From NCBI GenBank assembly GCA_963555825.3, contig CAUVXB020000002.1:928001-992000 (forward strand): a stretch of 64,000 bases of DNA, given 5' to 3'. Origin of the DNA: Alphaproteobacteria bacterium (GTDB lineage Bacteria; Pseudomonadota; Alphaproteobacteria; JAAXGF01). The number at the start of each line of letters is the position of its first letter. Position 1 is the stretch's first letter. The notes beneath the pieces were generated by a model. That model was given only the letters and a program-made list of their open reading frames with translations, did not search any database and was not told the DNA's origin. This document shows positions 32,394-42,371 of this stretch, piece after piece. The position numbers and the translations under genes were made by a program.

Positions 32394-32740
32394 TCATGGC
32401 GCCAGGAGGTCGCGCAGGACGCGTGCGTCGTCCGAGGTGATCGCGCCGAGCGCTGACGGCGGCGTCCCGACGCCCGGCAGGACGAGCGGATCGGCCTTCT
32501 GCACCTTGCGCACCACGACGGGGCGGATGCCGCCGTTGAAATGGGCGTTCATCGCGTGGATGAACTCGTTGGCGATCAGGGCATATCCGGTGTTGGTCGG
32601 GTGGACGCCATCGAGCGAGAAGGCACCACCGAGGAAATCGGTGGTGATGCGCCGGCCGCCGACGACGACGCCGGCGAAGTCGACGAAATTGAGGAAGGTG
32701 TGGATATCGACGAGCGCCGCGTCGACCGCCTCGGCCCGTC
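32394..32740 (-). pseudogene. C-terminal remnant of an SGNH/GDSL hydrolase
   Basis: FSLDGVHPTNTGYALIANEFI (DxxH block) without the N-terminal GDS block. Confidence 0.7.
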
Positions 32741-32922
32741 GGCTGGGAGCCGTCCACCGCATCATGACCGGCATTCCGAGGATTCGCTCCGCGCATAGAT
32801 TCTTCCATCGAGGTTCGCTAAACTCGACGCCAGGGAGGCTTGTAATGGAGCGCCACCTCGCAGCCATACTCGTTGCCGATGTGACCGGCTACAGCCGCCG
32901 CCGCGGATCGCGGAGTTCATTC

Positions 32923-33786
32923 ATGCGCCGACTGTTCACCATCTTGCTGCTTGCCTTGACGATTCTGCCGGCGTCGACGATGGCCGATGTCGGCGACGTC
33001 ACCAACGACACGGTCATCGCGCTGCTTCGCGCCGGCCTGAGCGACGAGGCGATCGTCGCGGTCGTCGATCGACCACACACCGATTTCGATGTCGAGCCAG
33101 AGGCGCTCATCCGCCTGCGCGAGGAGGGGCTGAGCAACGCCGTCATCGTGGCGATCATCGCCGCCGAGAGGCGCGCGCGGCCAGCCGAAACACCGTCAGT
33201 GGCCGTGCCGCCAGTGGCCGTCGAACTCCCCGTCGTCAGATTCGAGCTGATGTTCTGGGATTCGATCAAGCACAGCACCAGCGCCGCCGATTACGAGGCC
33301 TATCTGCTGCAATATCCTTACGGTCATGTCACCGTGCTCGCGGTGGCGCGGCTCGAGACGATGCGCGAGCGGGCGGCGGCCCCCGCGGCGGCGCCGTCGG
33401 GCGTGTCGTCGACCGCCTGGCCCGATGCACCGATGTCAAAGACGCGGCTTGAGGCGCCGGCGCAGGTGGTTCCCGCCGCGCCGCTGACCGAAGGTCAGCT
33501 CATGCGGGACGGCGGACTGATGGCGGCAGTCTCGGGATTCGCCGAGGCGAAGTACCGTTTCGAAATCGAGACGTTCACGCGCATGCGAATCGTCGTCCAA
33601 TCGAACACCCGGGTGGTGATCGAGACGAGCTATCTGTGGGGCAACGACGACACCAACGGCCGCACGGGACGCGGCATGGTGACCCTGCGCCGGAACGCGT
33701 CGTCGTACCAGGTCGTCGGCTTCGAAAGCCACTACCCGACGTCGATTCAGCTTTACAGGTTCGATCACGGCGCCTCGGGGATTTAG
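32923..33786 (+). CDS. Hypothetical exported protein
   Basis: Signal-peptide-like MRRLFTILLLALTILPASTMA; internal FWDSIKHS..DYEAYL..YPYG helical motif. Confidence 0.65.
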   Translation: MRRLFTILLLALTILPASTMADVGDVTNDTVIALLRAGLSDEAIVAVVDRPHTDFDVEPEALIRLREEGLSNAVIVAIIAAERRARPAETPSVAVPPVAVELPVVRFELMFWDSIKHSTSAADYEAYLLQYPYGHVTVLAVARLETMRERAAAPAAAPSGVSSTAWPDAPMSKTRLEAPAQVVPAAPLTEGQLMRDGGLMAAVSGFAEAKYRFEIETFTRMRIVVQSNTRVVIETSYLWGNDDTNGRTGRGMVTLRRNASSYQVVGFESHYPTSIQLYRFDHGASGI

Positions 33787-33951
33787 CGACACCTCGAAAC
33801 TGGCGCCCAAATGGCAACCCGACGTCAATCGCTCGAATTTGGCGGGCCGGAATACATGCTGAACGGCAGCATCTTCTTCGAAGCGTTGTCGCCCAAGACG
33901 GCGCAGAAGTATCAGGAACTGCGTAACCAGGTTCAGGCCGGAGGTTACACG

Positions 33952-36066
33952 CTAGGCCTCGTCGGCGCGGGCCATTCTAAGCAGCACGTCGAGCGCCACG
34001 ACGCCGTCCGGCAACACCACGAGCGGATTGATGTCGAGCTCGGCGAGTTCCGCGCGGTGCGCCTCGGCGAACCGGGCAACCGCCAGCACGGCCTCGATCA
34101 GCGCGTCCCTGTCGCCCGGCGGCCGGCCCCGATAGCCGTCGAGCAGCGCGGCGACCCTGAGCGATGCGATCGCATCGGCCACCGCCGTGCGATCGGTCGG
34201 CAGCAATAGCGTGCGCGCATCGCCGACCAGCTCGACCAAAGTGCCGCCGCTGGCCAGCACCAGGACCTGGCCGAACTGGACATCGTGCTTGACGCCGACC
34301 AGCAGCTCGGCGATCGGCTCGGCGATCATGCGCTCGACGAGGAAGGCATCGGCGGCGATGCCGGGGGCATGCCTGGCGACCGACGCCGTGATGGCCTCGA
34401 CGGCCGCGACGACCGCACCGGAACCGTCGAGCCCGAGGCGGACGGCGCCGGCCTCGGTCTTGTGCGCCAGATCGGCGCTGACCAGCTTGACGGCGACCGG
34501 ATAACCGAGCGCGTCGGCCGCGGCGGGCGCGTCTCGCGCGCTGGTCAGGCGTCCGTCGGGCACCGGGACGCCGGCCGCCGCGATGCGTTGTTTGCCGTGC
34601 CATTCGTCGAGCAGCGCGAGGGCGCCATTCAGCGCGGGCACCGGCGGAAGACGCAAGCTTTCGGCGTCTTCAGGAGACCTTAGGCCGGCGCGGCGCATGC
34701 CGAAGCTGGTGGCGCCGGCGATAACGGCGAGTGCCTCGCCATGTCCCTGCAGGGGCGCGACGCCCGCGGCAATCATCGTATCGCGGGTTTCCTCGTCGAT
34801 GGTCTCCGGTAGCGCGGTACAGATCGCCGCCGGAATTCCCGCCGCGCGGGTCGCCGCGACGAACGCGCGGACATCCGCCAGATAGGGCACATAGCTCTCG
34901 CCGGCATGGCGGGTCGGGTAATCCTGGGCCATTAGCGCGGCGTCATAGGGGTCGCGGAACATGTCGGTGAACAGCGCTGTCAACGGCGCCTCGTGGACCC
35001 ACAGCGGCGTCGTGTAGTCGAGCGGGTTCGACACCGTGGCGATCGGCGGCAGTTGCGCCGCCAATCGCTCGGCGACGTCGGGCGAGGGTTGCGGGAACGC
35101 GACGCCGGCCCGCGCGCCGCCGTCGGCGAGCATCGTCGAATCGCCGCCCGAACAGGTCAGCGCCGCGACGCGGCGGCCCTTCGGCGCGCCGGCGACGGTC
35201 AGCATGGTGAGCGTGTCGAGCAGCGCGGCCGGCGAGCTCACCCGGACCACGCCCAGGCGGTCGAACAGCGCCTGGTACTGCGCGTCGGCGCCGGCCAGCG
35301 AACCCGTATGGGTGACCGTTAAGCGCGCGCCGATGTCCGAGGTTCCGGCCTTCTGGACGACGATCGGGATACCCGCGACCAGCGCCGCGATCGCCACGTC
35401 GGCGAAGCGCGGCACGTCGCGCAGCGCCTCGACATAGAGCCCGATCGCCGAAACCGCGGGGTCCTCGATCAGCACCTCGAGATAGTCCTCGATGCCGAGC
35501 ATCGCCTGGTTGCCGGCGCTGATGACATAGGCGAAGGGCAGCGCGCGCCGGTTGAGCGTCAGGGTGTTGCCCAGCATGCCGCTTTGGCTGACGAAGGCGA
35601 CGCCGCGCTCGACCCGTCCGCCGCCGTGATCGAAGGGCCAGAGCGCGGCGCCGGCGACGAAGTTAATGAGGCCCGAGCAGTTGGGCCCGACGAGCGCGAG
35701 ATCGCCCGCCGCGGCGACCAGCGCGCGCTCGTGCGCGGCGCCGTCCTCGCCGGTTTCGCCGAAGCCGGCGGTGTAGCCGACCACGCCGCCGGCGCCGATC
35801 CGGCGCAAGGCATCGACGGTCTCGGCCGCGGCCTCGCGCGGCACCGCCAGGAAGACCGCGTCGGGTGGCTCGGGCAGGTCCTCGATGCGGGCGAAACAGG
35901 GCTGGCCGGCGAGCTGGTTGCGGCGCGGGTTGACGCCCCAGATGGGCCCCTCGAAGCCGCCGGCGACGCATTGCTCGACGGCGAGCGCCGCGCCGGCGCC
36001 GCCGATGAACGCGACGTGGCGCGGCGCGAGCAGGCGCTTGAGGTTGGCGCGCTGGCCGGGCGTCAT
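33952..36066 (-). CDS. Acetate--CoA ligase family (ADP-forming acyl-CoA synthetase)
   Basis: VGPNCSG, SQSG, HTGSLAG, SNPLD, HKTEAGAV, ELDINP. Confidence 0.9.
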   Translation of the reverse strand: MTPGQRANLKRLLAPRHVAFIGGAGAALAVEQCVAGGFEGPIWGVNPRRNQLAGQPCFARIEDLPEPPDAVFLAVPREAAAETVDALRRIGAGGVVGYTAGFGETGEDGAAHERALVAAAGDLALVGPNCSGLINFVAGAALWPFDHGGGRVERGVAFVSQSGMLGNTLTLNRRALPFAYVISAGNQAMLGIEDYLEVLIEDPAVSAIGLYVEALRDVPRFADVAIAALVAGIPIVVQKAGTSDIGARLTVTHTGSLAGADAQYQALFDRLGVVRVSSPAALLDTLTMLTVAGAPKGRRVAALTCSGGDSTMLADGGARAGVAFPQPSPDVAERLAAQLPPIATVSNPLDYTTPLWVHEAPLTALFTDMFRDPYDAALMAQDYPTRHAGESYVPYLADVRAFVAATRAAGIPAAICTALPETIDEETRDTMIAAGVAPLQGHGEALAVIAGATSFGMRRAGLRSPEDAESLRLPPVPALNGALALLDEWHGKQRIAAAGVPVPDGRLTSARDAPAAADALGYPVAVKLVSADLAHKTEAGAVRLGLDGSGAVVAAVEAITASVARHAPGIAADAFLVERMIAEPIAELLVGVKHDVQFGQVLVLASGGTLVELVGDARTLLLPTDRTAVADAIASLRVAALLDGYRGRPPGDRDALIEAVLAVARFAEAHRAELAELDINPLVVLPDGVVALDVLLRMARADEA

Positions 36067-37223
36067 CCGCCGAGCGGCCGCAACAGCGCGCGGGCGATGA
36101 TGTGGCGCTGGATTTCCGAGGTGCCGTCCCAGATGCGTTCGAGCCTCGGATCGCGCCACAGCCGCTCGATCGGCAGCTCCTCCATCAGACCCATGCCGCC
36201 GAAGATCTGCACCGTGTTGTCGGCCGCCCGGCCGAGCGCTTCCGAGGCGAACAGCTTGGCCATGGCCGCATCCTCGGGTGCCATGACGCCGCGGTCGGCC
36301 TTCTCGGCGGCGCTCATGACCAGAAGGTCGGCGGCGTTGAGCTCGGTCGCCATGTCAGCGAGTTTGAACGAGACGCCCTGGAAGCGCCCGATCGTCTGGC
36401 CGAACTGCTTGCGTGTCGCCGCCCAGTCGGTCGCGAGCCCCAAGAGGCGCTCCATCTTGCCGCAGCATCCCGCGCCGACCCAGACGCGGCCCATCCTGAG
36501 CCAGGTGTCGGCGAGCTCGAGTCCCTTGCCCTCCTCGCCGAGGATCTGGCCGGCGTTCACGCGGCAGTCGTCGAAGCCGAGCTGGTGGGTGTGGTAGGCG
36601 CGCTGACTGACGGCGCGCGGGCCGCGCCTGAGATCGAAGCCGGCCGTGCCGCGATCGACCAGGAAGGCGGTCACCCGCTTGCGCTCGCCGCGCGGCGTCT
36701 CGTCGACCCCGGTGACGGCGAAGACGATGGCGAAGTCGGGCAGCCGGTGCAGGCTGATGAAATGCTTGGCGCCGTTGATCACATAATCGCCGCCGTCGCG
36801 CACTGCGCGGGTCGCCATCGACATGATGTCGGAGCCGGCGCCGGGCTCGGTCAGGGCGAAGCACTCGGTCTTCTCGCCGCGCACGCAAGGCTCGAGATAG
36901 CGCGCGATCTGATCGCCCTGGCAGGCGAGCAGGATCTCCGAGGGTCGGTGAACGAATCCATTCAGGGCGTGGGTGACCTTGCCCAGCTCACGCTCCATCA
37001 GCGCGAGGCTCGTATAGTCCAGGCCGCCGCCGCCGACCGCCTCGGGCAGGTTGGCGGCGTAGAAGCCCATCTCGATGGCCTTCCGCGCGATGCGTTCGCC
37101 GAGTTCGTCGGGCACCTCGGCGGCGCGGTCGACCGCGTCTTCGTGGGGATAGATTTCCTCTTCGAGGAACGCGCGCACGGACTCGATCAGCATGCGTTGT
37201 TCGTCGCTCGGCTCGAAGTTCAT
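36063..37223 (-). CDS. Acyl-CoA dehydrogenase
   Basis: FALTEPGAGSD, INGAKHFIS, RKQFG, QIFGGMG, IWDGTSEIQ. Confidence 0.94.
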   Translation of the reverse strand: MNFEPSDEQRMLIESVRAFLEEEIYPHEDAVDRAAEVPDELGERIARKAIEMGFYAANLPEAVGGGGLDYTSLALMERELGKVTHALNGFVHRPSEILLACQGDQIARYLEPCVRGEKTECFALTEPGAGSDIMSMATRAVRDGGDYVINGAKHFISLHRLPDFAIVFAVTGVDETPRGERKRVTAFLVDRGTAGFDLRRGPRAVSQRAYHTHQLGFDDCRVNAGQILGEEGKGLELADTWLRMGRVWVGAGCCGKMERLLGLATDWAATRKQFGQTIGRFQGVSFKLADMATELNAADLLVMSAAEKADRGVMAPEDAAMAKLFASEALGRAADNTVQIFGGMGLMEELPIERLWRDPRLERIWDGTSEIQRHIIARALLRPLGG

Positions 37224-37353
37224 CGGGCCTCCCCACCGCCCACTCGATTCCGCGTGTCCGACATGACACCAAAATTCCGCTTGCCGGTTACCGCAGATAT
37301 TGAACAAGTATGCAAGAGAAACGGTTGCCAACCAATCGAAGGAGGCCTTTCGG

Positions 37354-38166
37354 ATGCCACAGGCGAACGAGGACGTAAAGGTCGCGAGACGCGGCCGGGT
37401 CTTGGAGATCACGCTCGACCGGCCAAAGGTCAACGCCATCGACCTCGAGACCAGCCGGTTGCTCGGCGAGGCCTTCGTCATGCTGCGCGACGATCCCGAG
37501 CTGCGCGTCGGCATCATCACCGGCGGCGGCGAGAAGATATTTTCGGCCGGCTGGGACCTCAAGGCGGTCGACAGCGCCGGCACCCAGCTCGACGAATGGT
37601 GGGAGGGCGAGGACGCCAGCCTCGGCGGCTTCGCCGGGCTCACCGAGATGTGGAACCTACACAAGCCGGTGATCGCCGCGCTCAACGGGCTCGCCATCGG
37701 CGGCGGCCTCGAGCTGGCGCTCGCCTGCGACCTGATCGTCGCCGCCGATCACGTCGCGTTCGCGCTGCCCGAGCTGCCCATGGGCATCGTGCCCGACGCC
37801 GGCGCCATCCAGCGCCTGCCGCGCCGTCTGCCCTACAACATCGCGCTCGAGATGCTGTTGCTCGGCCGGCGCATGCCGGCGGCCGAGGCGGCGCATCACG
37901 GCCTGGTCAACCTCGTCGTGCCGGCGGCCGAGCTGATGGACAAGGCGCGCGAATGGGCCGACCAGCTCGCCGATGCCGCGCCGCTCGCCGTGCAGACGAT
38001 CAAGGAGGTGCTGCGCGCGATCGAGGCCGAATCGATCGAGGGCGCGTTCCACACCATGCGCACCGGCGAGTTACCGATCTACCGCAAGATGCTGCGCTCG
38101 GAAGACGCCAAGGAGGGTGTCCGCGCGTTCGTCGAGAAGCGCAAGGCCGTCTTCCACGGCCGCTGA
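37354..38166 (+). CDS. Enoyl-CoA hydratase (CaiD/crotonobetainyl-CoA hydratase-like)
   Basis: LDRPKVNAID, FSAGWDLK, GGFAGLTE, GGGLEL, LPE..PDAG. Confidence 0.88.
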   Translation: MPQANEDVKVARRGRVLEITLDRPKVNAIDLETSRLLGEAFVMLRDDPELRVGIITGGGEKIFSAGWDLKAVDSAGTQLDEWWEGEDASLGGFAGLTEMWNLHKPVIAALNGLAIGGGLELALACDLIVAADHVAFALPELPMGIVPDAGAIQRLPRRLPYNIALEMLLLGRRMPAAEAAHHGLVNLVVPAAELMDKAREWADQLADAAPLAVQTIKEVLRAIEAESIEGAFHTMRTGELPIYRKMLRSEDAKEGVRAFVEKRKAVFHGR

Positions 38167-38206
38167 TCGCGTACCGCTCCCGCCTGAGGACAATCGAGGG
38201 AACGAC

Positions 38207-39148
38207 ATGGCAAGAAATGCACCGAACGACATCCGGCGGGTCGCCAGCATCGGGGCGGGCCCGATCGGCGGCGGCTGGGCGGCATTCTTCCTGGCGCGCG
38301 GCTACGACGTCGCCATCTACCTGCACGAGGCGGCCGAGGCGGCGCCGCTGCGCCGCCTGATCGACACCGCCTGGGCGAGCCTCGAGGCGATCGGCCTGGC
38401 CGACGGCGCGTCGCGCGACCGGCTGCGGCTCACCACCGATCTGGCCGATGCCGTCGCCGACGCCGAATTCGTCCAGGAAAGCACGCCCGAGAACCTCGTG
38501 CTCAAGCAGGAACTCTACGCGCGGCTGGGCGAGGTGGTGCCGGCCGACGTGGTCATCGCCTCGAGCACGTCGGGCTTCATGATGAGCGACATCCAGGCGC
38601 GCTGCCCGAGCCCTGAGCGCACCGTCGTCGGCCACCCCTTCAATCCGCCCTATCTGATGCCGCTGGTCGAGATCGCCGGCGGCGCGCGAACTGCGCCCGA
38701 CACGGTCGCCTGGGTCGCCGAGTTCTACCGCGCCTGCGGCAAGTCGCCGCTGGTCATGGCCAAGGAGGTGCCCGGCTTCGTCGCGACGCGGCTGCAGGAG
38801 GCGCTGTGGCGCGAGGCGCTGCACATGGTCGCCAACGGCGAGGCCACGGTCGAGCAGATCGACCAAGCGGTGGTCAACGGCCCGGGGCCGCGCTGGGCAT
38901 TCATGGGGCCGTGCCTGACCTTCCACGTCGGCGGCGGCGAGGGCGGCATGGCGTCGACCCTCGACCAGTTCGGCCCGGCGCTGAAGTTCCCCTGGACCCG
39001 GCTCGAGGCGCCCGAACTGACGGCGGAGCTGCGTGATCGTATGGTCGCGGGCTGCGAAGACATGGCCGCCGGGCGCGATTTCGCCACCCTTTCGCGGGAG
39101 ATGAACGCCGGCTTGGTCGCGATCGCCCGAGCCTTGAAGGAGCGTTAA
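38207..39148 (+). CDS. 3-hydroxyacyl-CoA dehydrogenase family, L-carnitine dehydrogenase-like
   Basis: GAGPIGGGW, VQESTPE, SSTSG, GHPFNPPYL, RLQEALWREALH, FGPALKFPWTRL. Confidence 0.82.
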   Translation: MARNAPNDIRRVASIGAGPIGGGWAAFFLARGYDVAIYLHEAAEAAPLRRLIDTAWASLEAIGLADGASRDRLRLTTDLADAVADAEFVQESTPENLVLKQELYARLGEVVPADVVIASSTSGFMMSDIQARCPSPERTVVGHPFNPPYLMPLVEIAGGARTAPDTVAWVAEFYRACGKSPLVMAKEVPGFVATRLQEALWREALHMVANGEATVEQIDQAVVNGPGPRWAFMGPCLTFHVGGGEGGMASTLDQFGPALKFPWTRLEAPELTAELRDRMVAGCEDMAAGRDFATLSREMNAGLVAIARALKER

Positions 39149-39309
39149 AAATAGCCGGATGGAACGACCGACCGGGTTCCGACGAAGGCTGACCTAGCGC
39201 CGGAAACCGGGCGCAACAGGTCGAAATTTCAAACTCTCCGCCGCCAAGGTCGGCTTACGGGCGTAAAGCGGACACCGCGCCCGATCACGCCGCATGTCCG
39301 GTCATAGCC

Positions 39310-39470
39310 GAGGCTGCTGAAAAAGTCCTGATAACTCCAATTTGAGCCCGAATTGGCCAAATTTGCGAATTTGAAATTTTCCTAAACCATTGATTTTATT
39401 GAAGTTTAATTTTCGTTGTTTCCGGGAAATCCACGAATTCGGACCCTCAAAAGAGTTCTTCAACACCCTC
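39310..39470. mobile_element. 161-bp AT-rich MITE with IS5/IS1182-like ends
   Basis: gaggctgctgaaaaagtc / gagttcttcaacaccctc imperfect TIR; flanks agcc / ggcc; sits in the loop of palindrome atgtccggt..accggacat. Confidence 0.65.
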
Positions 39471-39777
39471 GGCCATAACCGGACATCCGTACATTCGATT
39501 CAAGCTGCGATCTCCAGGGGGTCGATCCCCAGACCCTATCGCGCCCACAGCGCGGAAAGGCGCGGGCCGGCTGCCCACGACCAGCATATTTATGGTCTGC
39601 GACTTCGGATTATTGAGGCGGATGTCCCCGGCCGGAATTTTGTCCCGAGCTAGCGCCGCAGCTTCCGCAGGACGTGATTTGCAGCACCAAGCAAACCGGC
39701 TTAAGCTGTTTTCTCTTATCGAGTTGCATATGTGAGTCGGACCCGATTTCCTTGGACACAGAATTGGCTTAATCGAA

Positions 39778-40209
39778 GTGTCCAAGGAGGACCGGAACAT
39801 GACCGACAATTTTGAGAACAAAGTTGCTGTTGATGGGCCTGTGGTAAACGAGGGCGAGCTTGGCTCGTCCACGTTTTCCCCGGGCCAGGTTTCGCCGGCA
39901 GGCCCGCTGGGACTTGGCCAGCGGTGGACGGTGACGCGCAAGCGTGAGGTTGCCCTGCGGCTTTTGCGTGGCGAGCCGGTGGAACTTTTGTCGCGGCAGT
40001 TGGGCGTGGAGATTTTCCGGCTCGAGCAGTGGCGTGAGAAGGCGATCGCCGGGATCGATGCCTCGCTCAAGGAACGCAAGGGCGATCCGGTGAAGGCGGA
40101 ACTGGACATCGCCATGAAGCGGATCGGGGAGTTGATCATGCAGGTGGAACTGCTGGAGGCCAAGACGGAGACGTCCGGCCCTTTGGGGCGGCGGAGGTCG
40201 CGGCGATGA
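39778..40209 (+). CDS. IS OrfA (HTH DNA-binding)
   Basis: RWTVTRKREVALRLLRGE..LSRQLGV plus coiled coil; start may be ATG 39799. Confidence 0.8.
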   Translation: MSKEDRNMTDNFENKVAVDGPVVNEGELGSSTFSPGQVSPAGPLGLGQRWTVTRKREVALRLLRGEPVELLSRQLGVEIFRLEQWREKAIAGIDASLKERKGDPVKAELDIAMKRIGELIMQVELLEAKTETSGPLGRRRSRR

Positions 40210-41117
40210 GTGCCGCCACCTCTCCCGGCACGGGTTTGGCCTACGGCCTCCAGCGGGTCTGTGCGGCCTGGGGTTTTGCCCGTTCCTCGTTCTACGCCAT
40301 GAAATCCCGGCAGCAGGCCACCGCTGAGCGCCCACCAGCAAAGCGCCGGGGACCGAAGCCCTCGATCTCGGACGAGGCTCTGCTGGTGGCCATCGAGGCC
40401 GACCTGGAGGCATCCCCCTGGGAGGGCGAGGGACACCGCAAGGTCTGGGCTCGGCTTCGGGTCTGTCGTGGCATCCGTGTTTCCCGCAAGCGGGGGCTCC
40501 GGGTGATGCGCGAGAACAACCTGCTCTCGCCCCATCGCTGCCGCCGCCGTGGCGGAAATCCCCATGTCGGTGAGATCATCACCCATGCCCCCAACCTCAT
40601 GTGGGGCACGGACGGCGTTCGGGTGTTCACGGTGGACGACGGCTGGGGCTGGATATTCACCGCCATCGAGCATTGGAACGCCGAGTGCGTCGGCTGGCAT
40701 GTGTGCAAGCGAGGCGACCGCTTCGCCGCCCTTCAGCCGATCTCCATGGGGCTTGCGAGGCTGTATGCCTCGACCTCCGCCGGTGCGGCGCGGGGGCTGG
40801 CCTTGCGGATGGATCACGGCTCCCAGTATCTGTCGGACCACTTCACCAACCAGATCAAGTTCTGGGGCATCCAGCCGTCCTACGCCTTCGTCGAACAGCC
40901 CCAGACCAACGGCGTCGCCGAGAGGTTCAATCGCACGCTCAAGGAACAGATCATCCATGGCCGCATCTACCGCAACATCGCGGAGCTGCGGAACGCCGTC
41001 CGCGGGTTCGTCGAACAGTACAATGCCCAGTGGATCGTGGAGAAGAACGGCTACCTGAGCCCCGCTCAAGCTCGTCAGGCGTGGCACACCGCGATGTCAC
41101 TCAGGCCCGCCGCATGA
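40206..41117 (+). CDS. IS OrfB (rve DDE integrase core)
   Basis: WGTD, RMDHGSQY, NGVAERFNRTLKE; ATGA overlap with OrfA. Confidence 0.9.
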   Translation: MSAATSPGTGLAYGLQRVCAAWGFARSSFYAMKSRQQATAERPPAKRRGPKPSISDEALLVAIEADLEASPWEGEGHRKVWARLRVCRGIRVSRKRGLRVMRENNLLSPHRCRRRGGNPHVGEIITHAPNLMWGTDGVRVFTVDDGWGWIFTAIEHWNAECVGWHVCKRGDRFAALQPISMGLARLYASTSAGAARGLALRMDHGSQYLSDHFTNQIKFWGIQPSYAFVEQPQTNGVAERFNRTLKEQIIHGRIYRNIAELRNAVRGFVEQYNAQWIVEKNGYLSPAQARQAWHTAMSLRPAA

Positions 41118-41206
41118 GACAAACTTGTGTCCAAGGAACCGGGTGCGATACATCGAGTTGCATATGCGAGGTGCTGGGCGAGATTTGATCTGCCAAGGAG
41201 ACGCTG

Positions 41207-42313
41207 GTGATAAGCAATCCTAGAGCATTATTCATCGTCGCCGTTGGCATGACGGCGGCCAGCTTCACCTGCGCCCAGGCCGAGATCTTGATCGCAACGG
41301 CTGGTCCGATGACCGGGCAATACGCTTGGTTTGGCGAGCAATATGCGCGCGGCGCCGAGATGGCGGTGGACGACATCAACGCTGCGGGTGGCGTCCTCGG
41401 CGAGACGGTCAGGATCATTATTGGCGATGACGCCTGCGACCCGGAACAAGCGGTGGCGGTGGCCGACAGTCTGGCGAATGACGGTGTCGTCTTCGTAGCT
41501 GGGCACTATTGCTCTCATTCGTCTATCCCTGCCTCGAAGGTCTATGAGCAAGCCGGCATTCTGATGATCTCGCCGGCCTCCACCAACCCCAAGCTGACCG
41601 ACGAAGGTGGTCCCAACGTGTTTCGAGTCTGCGGCCGCGACGACCTGCAAGGCACGGTCGCCGGCGACTACCTGACGGATCACTGGGGCGACAAGAAGAT
41701 CGCCATCCTGCACGACCAAACGACTTACGGATTGGGCTTGGCCGAGGAGACCCGCAAGCGATTGAACGAGCGGGGCGTTGCGGAGGCAATGTTCGAGGCC
41801 TACGAACCGGGACAGCGCGACTATTCGGCGCTGATCTCCAAGATGCAGTCGGCAGGCATTGATGTCTTCTACGTGGGTGGATACAGCACAGAGGCCGCCC
41901 TTATGCTCCGCCAGGCGCGCCTCGGCGGCTACGAAGTCCAATTGATCTCGGGCGACGCGCTTGCCACTGACGAGTTTTGGATGATCACGGGTCCGGCCGG
42001 TGAAGGCGCCCGCATGACCTTCTTTCCCGATCCGCGCAACAATCCGGGTGCTGCCGAGGTTGTGGAACGATTCCGTACCCGCTACTTCGAGCCCGTAGGC
42101 TATACGCTCTTTGCCTATGGGGCCGTCCAGGTCTGGGCGCAGGCCATCGAGAAGGCCGGAACGCTTGAGCTCGATGCGGTCATCGAAGCCCTCCAAAGCC
42201 ACCAGTACGGTACGGTGTTGGGGCAGATCGGATTCGACGAGAAGGGCGATATCACCACGCCCGGTTTCGTCTGGTACGTCTGGAAGAACGGCGCATACGT
42301 GCTGGCAGAGTAA
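41207..42313 (+). CDS. LivJ/LivK-like periplasmic binding protein (no adjacent permease)
   Basis: AGPMTGQYA, DDACDPEQA, GHYCSHSS, FRVCGRDD, HDQTTYG. Confidence 0.9.
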   Translation: MISNPRALFIVAVGMTAASFTCAQAEILIATAGPMTGQYAWFGEQYARGAEMAVDDINAAGGVLGETVRIIIGDDACDPEQAVAVADSLANDGVVFVAGHYCSHSSIPASKVYEQAGILMISPASTNPKLTDEGGPNVFRVCGRDDLQGTVAGDYLTDHWGDKKIAILHDQTTYGLGLAEETRKRLNERGVAEAMFEAYEPGQRDYSALISKMQSAGIDVFYVGGYSTEAALMLRQARLGGYEVQLISGDALATDEFWMITGPAGEGARMTFFPDPRNNPGAAEVVERFRTRYFEPVGYTLFAYGAVQVWAQAIEKAGTLELDAVIEALQSHQYGTVLGQIGFDEKGDITTPGFVWYVWKNGAYVLAE

Positions 42314-42371
42314 CAGCCAAAAGCAACAAAGACCGCCAGCTGCCGTTCGTTAAGTTGGGGGAGATGACAGC

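Larger units (their letters stand above)
39733..41152 (+). mobile_element. IS3/IS481-related element (1420 bp) with 14-bp flanking direct repeat
   Basis: TG..CA ends; TIR core acccg.(t)ttccttggacaca; tcgagttgcatatg at 39719-39732 and 41153-41166. Confidence 0.9.

Noticed and set aside
33811-34209. ORF MATRRQSLEF... as a gene
   Set aside because: Most of it overlaps the convergent ligase; the ~45 free codons show no recognisable motif.
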